A stretch of 64,000 bases of DNA from Hyaloraphidium curvatum SAG 235-1. Its lineage: Eukaryota > Fungi > Monoblepharomycota. The position numbers and the translations under genes were made by a program. The first letter of the stretch is position 1. Each line of letters begins with the position of its first letter. Below the pieces are notes generated by a model. The model was given only the letters and a program-made list of their open reading frames with translations. It made no database searches and was not told the origin of the DNA. Location: positions 248,001 to 312,000 of the forward strand of contig JAIVFI010000040.1 in NCBI GenBank assembly GCA_025558095.1, written 5' to 3'. Of this stretch, positions 55,991 through 64,000 are shown one piece after another.

Positions 55991-56673
55991 TCAGAGTTTC
56001 GCTTCCGATCCGTCCACAGCCGCCTTTCTCATTGGCCTCGCCGGCGTCCCGATCCACGTCAGGCCCGGCTCGGTGATGTCCTTTGTCACCGTTGCGTGCA
56101 TGCCGACGGTCGTCCACGCTGCGATCAAAGTTCCCTCCTTGGCCACGGCTCCGAGGCCGATCACGGCGCCCTCGCCGAGCCTGGATGCGCCTCCGACCGC
56201 CGCCCCCCCGTTCGCTTGCGCAAAGTCCGACAGCACGCAGTCGTGGCCCACAGGCAGAAGCTGCCGATTCTGGCGGCGTTGCCGACGCGTGCAAGGGCCC
56301 CGATGAATTTGCCCTCGCCCAGCTGTGCCGCGGGCGCCACCGAGGCGTGCTGGTGGACGGCGTTGGGGAAGACCACAACGCACCCGGCCAGCTCCCGCCG
56401 CAACTCGGCCAGCAGCCGCTTCCGCACGGCGGGCACGCCGTGGGTGATGAACACGTCGACGGTCGGCGCGCGGGCAGCGAACTCGCGCGCCTCGGCGGCG
56501 GTGCGGAGGTGGACGAAGCCGGCCAGCGAGCGGTGCAGCGTTTCGCCGTCTTCCCACGCCGCGGCCCGGCCCGCGGCCACCGACGCCTCGTACGCCGGGC
56601 CGACGACCTCCCACACCACGCCGGCCTGCTTGCCGCCGCAGCGGAGGAGGACGAGGGGCGGCGCGGACGGCAT
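55991..56673 (-). pseudogene. NeuD/PglD-like hexapeptide-repeat O-acetyltransferase, frameshifted near 56252
   Basis: FPNAVHQHASVAPAAQLGEG..IGSFCL in one frame; VGHDCVLSDF..IGLGA..VTKDI..IGTPARP..AKL* in another; no intron signals at the junction. Confidence 0.75.
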
Positions 56674-57211
56674 GGGGGAATGTCGGGTGACTTGAACGCG
56701 GAGCCCCAGAGACCTCATCCCCACACCGAGAAGCAAACGACGATGGATACATGGCGGGTTTGGCGGAAAACCATCGGCCATCGTTTGTTTGGCTCCTTGC
56801 CCCGATTTCAGGGGTCGGGATCCAGAGCGGATCCGCATGAGGGACGTCAGTGTCGTTTCCCGCGGCGGCGGCCGCGCAGCGCCAGGACAGCACCGGATCT
56901 CAGGCCGGGTCCTGGCACCGAGTGGTCTCGAGCCGCATCGAAGCTACGAGTCTCCTGGTCCGACAGCGAGGAGTTGTCCAGAATGAGTCAAGGGCTGGAG
57001 TCAAGGGGCGAGCAAACCATGGCGAAGGGTCCCGAACAGGGGACGCAATGACGACCGCCGAGTCAAAAGTGCACGGGGCCCACGCCCACCTCCTATTGAT
57101 AGGACAATGACAACAAGCACCATGGAACCGGATCTCACGCCCGCTTGCCGCCGCCGACCGTCCCCGACCGTCGCAGGGGCCTCCGTGCGGAACCGCCGGG
57201 TCCGGCGTCGC

Positions 57212-60200
57212 ATGCCGACCGCCGCCGCCGCCGCCGTCGCCGCCACCGCCGTGTTAGCTGCTTTCCTCGTCCGCCCGACGGTGGCGGCACTCAGCAGCTG
57301 TGCTGACACCTTCACGCCGACCATCGGACACCCCGCCGCGGCGCCCGTCGGCGTCACGTCGAGCCCCAGTCTGCTGCTGCAGTATGTCACCTCGTACGAC
57401 AAGGACTTCGCCTTCATCGCCGCGACCTCCCCCCCCGTCGGCCCGTCCTCGAATGACTCCTTCACGCGCAAGCTGTCGCTCGTCGTCGGCCCTCGCTCGG
57501 CCGGCACCTACGCCGCCGCGGCGGCCCTCGTTCCCACCGCCTGCAAACGACAGTTCGACCGATGGGACTACTCCGGGAGCCCAGCCCTGCCCGCCGACAC
57601 GTTCGTCACCGCTGCCGGGTTTCCCAGCCTCGAGGTGCCCACCAGCGGCGACTCGGCGACGTGCCGTTTCCTGCAACAACTGAAGATATCGTGGGGCAAT
57701 TGGGCGCACGACGACTTCGACATGAACGCATGCGGCTTTGCCTTGACGCCGCGCGCCGAGGTATACGAAGGAAAGGAGTGGGTCTCCCGCAGCAGGCCCA
57801 CATGCTGCCGCCCCTGACAGGTTCGACTTCCCCTTCCGCAGCACTTCACTCTGGGAGGGACGCGTATACGTCGCCTACGATGACTACGATTCGATGGCCG
57901 CATCGTCGCCCGTCAGCACCGGCACGGCACAGTGGAACGTCGCCGTGCTCGACAACACGCTCTTTAGGTGCGAGGACTTCAGGCTACCGACCCTTGGCGA
58001 CGACGCAACCCCGGGCTACATCCCCGCGGGGCCAATCCTCAGGAGCCCGGGGGACGACGGCTACCTCTACGTGATTGACTCGAGCACGGATGCACTTACA
58101 TTCTACTTCACCAGCTATCCGGGTATAGGCCCGGTCCACGGCGATGACACCATCGGCTCCTTCACGAGGTGCTGTACGTGCTGCCGGATGCAGAGGGCGC
58201 CATGCTCATGAGCATGTTCGTTCTCAGAACCATGGACATTGTGCTTTCCAGCCCCGACGTGGTCAACTTCGAAGCCGCATACGCGCTGCAGGCCTTGTAC
58301 GACGGATGCAGGGCGACCGTCCCGCGCTTCGCCTTCCCCGACGTGCCCGGCACGGTGCTCATCACCAAGACCGGCAACATCTCCGGCGAAGCGGCATCGA
58401 GCAGCTCCACGTCCTGCTACGTGCACACCAGGCTCTCCGTGCCTTGGGAGGACATGCGGAGCTACTACCGGACCTGCGGCTTCGTGCAGTCGCGCAACGA
58501 CACAACCATGGCCAACGGGACCTACATCCAGTACAAGGGGCGCGTGCACGTGCGCTGGTGGGACTACGACAGCATGAGCGCCGCGGATCCGGTGCGGACC
58601 AACATGTCTACCTGTTCGTGCGCCTTCTTCCTGCACGAGGGACACTGTGCTGACTGATTGGATTCCGTTCCCGCGCAGGGTACGACGTCGTTGTCCGGAT
58701 CCAGGCTGCTGCGAATGACACCACAAACTCGACCGCAAACCCGGAGAGTCCCTGTGCGCCTTCACCCTGGCTCTTCTTGCTGTGAGAAGAAACGACTGAT
58801 GTGGCTCCTCACCTGGGCAGATGATGCCAACTTCCAAGTCACCAGCGTCACGTACGAGAAGTCCGAAAGCGGCCAGGTCCAGGCCCATATTGCCTACCAG
58901 GCTTCGACCAAGTTCCCGTACTATGCGAAGCTGCCGTTCAGCGAGCCCAACGCCAACAACTTCCTCTTCAACGATGGCTCCGACACCTACGCCGGCAACG
59001 ATCTCACGGACACCACAGTCTATCCCAACGGCGTCTTCACCAACGAGTTTTCGGTGTCGGGTGGAGCCCAGGACGGCTATCACACGGCCCAGGGCCTGCC
59101 GTGCAACACGGTCGGCCAGACGTGTTCCGTCAGCGGGATCCTCACCTACACGTGGGACCCACGGCCGGCCAACCCCCTGTCTTGCACGATCTCGTCGGAC
59201 CAGAACTACCAGTTCCGGTTCAAGCTCGACTGCAACTCGACCTACAACGGCACCACCAACTACGGCTGCGGTGAAACCGACATGCGCGACGCAATCGGCA
59301 GCCCTGACTTCGGTGCCTTCCGCTTCACGGGCAACATTGATTTCTGCAAGAGCGCGCAGACCGACTTCCCCATCACGTGGACCACCGCCTTTGACGTCCT
59401 GGAGTGAGTCTACCGCGCGGCGTTCCATCGCTTGGTCTCATCCGCGCCCGCCCGTTCCAGCACCTCGCGCGATATCGGCCAGACGATCGAGGCCAACGGC
59501 GTCTTCACCACCAACAAGCAGCTGGATGCGGTCGCCATCAAGGAGTATCGCGTTTCGCGAGGCGATCTCGAACAGTACTGGAGCTTGTGGACCAAAGCGG
59601 ACGACATTGCTTCGGTTGGGCAGCCTGCGAACCCTGCGGCTGTTGAAGGAGGAAGGACAGCCGTCGGCGAAAAGGTCAACTTCGTCAAGGCCATCAGCTC
59701 GGAAAGCGACGGCACGAAGTGGACCATCCGGACGTCCTTCACCCCCAACATCAAGCTTTACAGCACCGAACAGGCCAGCTTCGGCACGACCTCGGCCCGC
59801 GGCGAGTACATGATCTCGCTGCCCAACGACCGCAACCTGCCCCTGTCCTTCACCATCACCGTGCTTGTGCGGATGTACGCCGACACAACGATGAGCTTCA
59901 CGGAGGGGACGGTCGGGCGCCGCCGGGGCCGGCGCCTTCTCTACCGCGACTTTGAGGTGCAGGAGATCGACAGGGCGCCTGCGGTCCACGACGCCGAGCT
60001 CGTCACCAGGCCAGTGAAGATCCGGGTTCCGGAGAACGTCCAAGTTTCGACCGACGGCACCGTCACTGTGCTCAACGTCTCGTCCCAGACGCTGTCGCCC
60101 GGCGCGATCGCGGGCATCGCGGTCGTCGGAACCGCACTTGCTGCGGCTCTGGTGGCCGCAGGGGTGCTGCTGGGACGGCGTTCGAGGCGGCGGAGTTCCC

Positions 60201-60298
60201 AGATAAAGGCGGATGCGGAGGCCGCCGGTGCATCCGCTGACGAGATCCTGGCCGCCGCCAAGATCCCCAAAACACACTCGGCGCACATCGTCGCCTAG
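57212..60298 (+). CDS. Large type I membrane / cell-surface protein
   Basis: Signal peptide, multi-exon Cys-containing beta-rich ectodomain, polybasic RRRGRRLL, TM GAIAGIAVVGTALAAALVAAGVLL, RRSRRR stop-transfer. Start may be 57107. Confidence 0.75.
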
Positions 60299-60370
60299 AT
60301 GGACGGAAAAGCCTAGAGTGAGCGCAGCTTGGGGAAGCACATGTTCTAGAAGGCTTGTACATAGACTCTG

Positions 60371-61469
60371 TCACAGCTTCGGGATGCCAAAGTCGTCCTT
60401 GAAGAACCAGTCCGGCAGGTCTTCCGGAATCCGCGTGGTGAAGTTTGGATCCCTCTGGAGAACGGGAGCAAATGAGCTAGGAGCCACAATGCCCAATGTC
60501 GGCCCACCTTCTCCATGAAGGCCTTCCCGCTCTCGATCGAGTCCGGCTTCCCGCCCTGCCACGCCAGCATCTTGCCCTCGAGCAGCGTCTGCTCCTCCGG
60601 CGTCTCGCGCGGGTGCCACACGAGGCTCTTGATGAAGGCGTTGGAAAGCGGGCTTGTCTTCTTGGCGATCTCGCGCGCGAGGTCCAGGGCGGCGGGGAGG
60701 ACGGCGTCGGGGGAGTCCACGATGCGGTTGAAGGCCGGGGCGATCCTGGGGTCCGAGGCCTCGATGGTGTCGCCGAGGATGAAGACCTCGAGCGCCTTGG
60801 CGGCGCCGATGAGCCGGGGGAGGAGGAAGGAGGAGGCGGCTTCGGGGACGATGCCGCGGCGCGAGAAGATGAAGCCGATCTTGGCTTTGGAGTATGCCAC
60901 CTTGACTGGAGCCGCCGGGGGTGGAACAGCCAAATGAGAAAAGCCAGAGGAACAGCAGGAAAGCACCCACGATCGCAAGTGAGCGGCATCGTGATCCCAA
61001 CGCCGATAGCCGCTCCTTGGATCGCGGCAATGGTGACCTTGGACGAGCCGAGGGCAAACAGCGCGCCCCTCCTCTTGTTGGACGCCGGCGGGGGCGCGGG
61101 GCCATCGTCGCTCCTCTTCAACGAGGAGAAGTCGCTCCCGCGGAAGTCGAAACCTGCCGCCGAGGGAGGGTAAACACGGCGCGGCGAACAGCCGGGCGCG
61201 GCTCGCCCCACCCGCGCAGAAGATCCTCCCCGAGGCACCCAGCACAATCACATTGACCCGCGGGTCGGCCTCGAGGTCGGCAAAGGCCTTGCTCAGCTCG
61301 GCGCTGGGGACAAAGCGCGCCTGAGCATTGGGAGACACGCCTGCTCTTCGGCGGCCAGTAAATACCCCATGGTGGGATTATAAGCGTTCTGGGCGTCCGG
61401 GCGATGAAGCTTGATCACTCCGACGCGGTCCGCCTCGAGGATTTCGACCTGGATCGTTTGGTAGGCCAT
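60371..61469 (-). CDS. Enoyl-CoA hydratase/isomerase paralog 3, C-terminus -IPKL
   Basis: LHRPDAQNA, GRIFCAG, AAIQGAAIGVG, FSRRGIVPEAASSFLLPRLIG; four introns. Confidence 0.88.
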
Positions 61470-61709
61470 CGCGGGGGGTGGGGTGTTGAGCCTGCTTCGG
61501 CGGGCCTTTGCCACATCGCCGGCGCCACCAAACTTCCAACGACCGCGACAAGCGATCGCGACTCCGTTTCGCAAGTTCGCATGTCAATTACAGGCATGGC
61601 ATTCCTAAGGAGCTTGTAGTTGATTTGCTCGCGGCCTGAGAATGGACAGGACCCTCACTCTCCTTCCTTCGCCTCGAGTCGTGCCGTTCCACTGCCTGAC
61701 TCTCCCAAG

Positions 61710-62132
61710 CTAGTCATCGTCCGGCATACTTTCGGGCACGAACGGTTCCCCCTTGCTGTAGGTCGCCCCCAAACCCTCGTCGGTGAGGAACCGCCGGAAC
61801 TCGAGCCGCCGCGTGTGCCGGGACTTGTCGGTCCCAAAAGCGTCGGCGAGGAAGCAGTGCAGCCGGCGCATCACCGCAGCGCGACCGAGCGGCGGGCGGC
61901 CGACGCGCTGGACGATCCGCTCAATCCGCACGAGCGACATGCGCCGCGGGAGGAGCAGCGCGTGGAGGCCGCGGGAGGCGAGCGAGAGGCGACACACGGT
62001 GCGTGACGTGGGAGCCAAGAAGCCGGCCACGACGGCGAAGAGCTCGAGGGGGAGCGGCGGGCCCGTCGCTGCACTCCGGCAGCCCGCTGCATGATTGTGC
62101 TCGATGCGACGGCGCTTACGCGGCGGGGGCAT
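61710..62132 (-). CDS. Short F-box-like protein (possibly truncated)
   Basis: NLS-like PPPRKRRR, then LPLELFAVVAGFL..VCRLSLASRGLH. Confidence 0.5.
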   Translation of the reverse strand: MPPPRKRRRIEHNHAAGCRSAATGPPLPLELFAVVAGFLAPTSRTVCRLSLASRGLHALLLPRRMSLVRIERIVQRVGRPPLGRAAVMRRLHCFLADAFGTDKSRHTRRLEFRRFLTDEGLGATYSKGEPFVPESMPDDD

Positions 62133-62957
62133 CGCTTCGTTGGTTCGACTGGTTTGCGTGCTTGGTGGCCGGTCGACCAGTCATCGATCGGCGTCCATGG
62201 GCTTGAGTGCTCGAACCACGTAGCGTCGCGTCTGACAAAAGCGTCGCTACTTTGGATGGATTGCATACTCGTGGAAGCGCGTCTGCTATGGTCCAAAGTA
62301 GTAAGAGCAAGTTGCCGGAGGCGATCCTCAACCCGTCGCGCGACCGACTGATCGCAGGAGGATATCGGAAGCTTGCGGATCCGATCCACTTCGCAATGGC
62401 GCGGTCTTGCATCGGGTGAGCGGGAGGTGGCCAGTGCGATACACAGCAGTGGCCGCGCGGGGGGATGCGGACCTCCGGCCCGGCCCTGGGTGGGACGGAG
62501 ATTCATCGCGCTGCGGCCCCGTCCTCAAACCGGATTCCCGTGCCGAAACCCGAATCGTCCGAAACATCGCTTGGCCATACATGGCCGAGTACCGACGGCG
62601 GCCGGAGACTTTTGGCTCAGCCGGCCGGTCCCGCGCAAGGACGCAGGCATATGAGGCGTCGGCGCAACGCCCCCCGGACAGGACGTGCATCCTGGGTGAA
62701 CCCTCCCGAAGGGAGAGACCGGATCCAAGTCGGAGTGCAATGCTTGGATTCCGCCAGCATTTGCTGCGAGATCGGAGCGTTCGAGGTATCGGGGGGACCA
62801 GCGGCGGTTCCGGCCGCGGAACGCTCCACCCGCTGCCCTTCCGCAGGCGACGCCGCGCGCAACCCGCCATGCAACGCCGCCGCCCGGCCCGGGCTAAAAG
62901 AACGCGCCTTGAGACGGGAGAACGCGCCTCCCGCGCCCGCCGCCGCCGCCGCCCGCC

Positions 62958-64000
62958 ATGACCGCCGCGGATCCCGCGAAGACGAAGGCCGCGCTCGCCC
63001 CGCCGGGCCCCGCGTCCCACGCCGCGGACGTCTTCGCGCTCTCGACCGCCGACCTCTCGAAGATCATCGACTTCGACAGCCGCGGCGACGCCGACTACGT
63101 GCAGCGCGTGTTCCACGCAGAGGCCGGCGGCCAGGCCGGGCTCGCGCAGGCCCTGCGCACCGATTTTGACAGGGGCCTCGACTGCTTCGCGCCGGGCGAG
63201 GCCGGTGCCGCTGTGCCGCAGGCAGCAGCCCGCTCCGGCTTCCTCGGGGGTCTGTTCGGGGCCGGGACAGCCAGCGAGAGCTCGCAGGCGCTGCAGCCCC
63301 GCGACGCCGCCGAGCGCGTGCGCCTCTACGGCATCAACAAGGTCGAGGTGCCACCCAGGCCCTCCCTGCTCAAGTTGATCTGGGACTTCATCAAGACCGA
63401 TGTGCGTTCCGTGTTGTCTGCCGTCTGCTCTGCGCACCTGACGTCGGATCCGCCACAACCCCTCAGGTCATCGTGCAAGTGCTCCTCGTCGGAGCCACCA
63501 TCGTCCTTATTCTCGGCACGGCCACCAACCCCGAGCGCGGATGGTACGAAGGGACCGCCATCTTCGTCGCCGTCGGCATCGTCCTGGTCGTCACGAGCCT
63601 GAACGACTACATCAAGGAGGGCAAGTTCCGCAAGATGATGGAGCTGGGCAACGACAGGACGGTCGGTGTTTGCAGAAGCCGAGGCTGCCATTCGCATTCC
63701 GACTCAAAAGACGTCTGCAGATAAAGGTCATTCGCGGCGGGCAGTCCATCACCGTCTCGACCTTCGACCTCCTCGTCGGCGACGTCGTCATCCTCTCGGT
63801 CGGCGACGAGATTCCCGCCGACGGCTTCGTCATCAGCTCCTCGCGCCTGGCCGTTGATGAGTCCCCGCTCACGGGCGAGCCCATCGCCGTCAAGAAGGAT
63901 CCCGTGTCGGCACCCTTCGTGTTCGGCGGCACCTTTGTCGGCGAGGGCTCCGGCACCATGTGCGTCACCGCCGTCGGCCGGCATTCTGCTGGCGGCAAGA
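62958..64000 (+). CDS. PMC1: P-type IIB Ca2+-ATPase (3'-partial)
   Basis: RVRLYGIN, GWYEGTAI, SLNDYIKE..F, LLVGDVV..GDEIPADG, VDESPLTGE, VTAVG. Confidence 0.85.

Noticed and set aside
1-64000. Bacterial contig or contamination as the source of the bacterial-like genes
   Set aside because: Spliceosomal introns throughout, including inside the GH16, CMD and LURP genes, and contiguity with THO2 and a Zn2Cys6 TF.

Overview
GC-rich, gene-dense eukaryotic DNA with many short (~50-60 nt) GT-AG introns and a Zn2Cys6 transcription factor. It is most likely from a fungus, and gene style suggests an early-diverging chytrid-like lineage (inference). About 35 protein-coding loci can be reconstructed by splicing the ORF track. 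Housekeeping genes include THO2, FUN14, SREK1IP1-like, PP2C and a Ca2+-ATPase. Accessory content: (i) an intronless NRPS-like adenylation-thiolation-ankyrin protein; (ii) a 19-28 kb block of six lipid/redox enzymes, four ending in PTS1-like tripeptides (one only after splicing); (iii) a bacterial-type GH16 carrying one intron; (iv) a head-to-head pair of half-size ABCG transporters with matching degenerate motifs; (v) three tandem intronless membrane-anchored glycan-modifying genes (two sulfotransferase-like, one DUF2961/GH172-like); (vi) a tRNA-Lys(UUU) island with one intact intron-containing gene, a 5'-truncated copy and a 315-bp tandem array built from a tRNA-Lys pseudogene; (vii) a polycationic secreted transglutaminase-like protein, a frameshifted NeuD-like acetyltransferase and a ZP-like type I membrane protein. 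All family calls come from motif recognition by eye; no searches were run.
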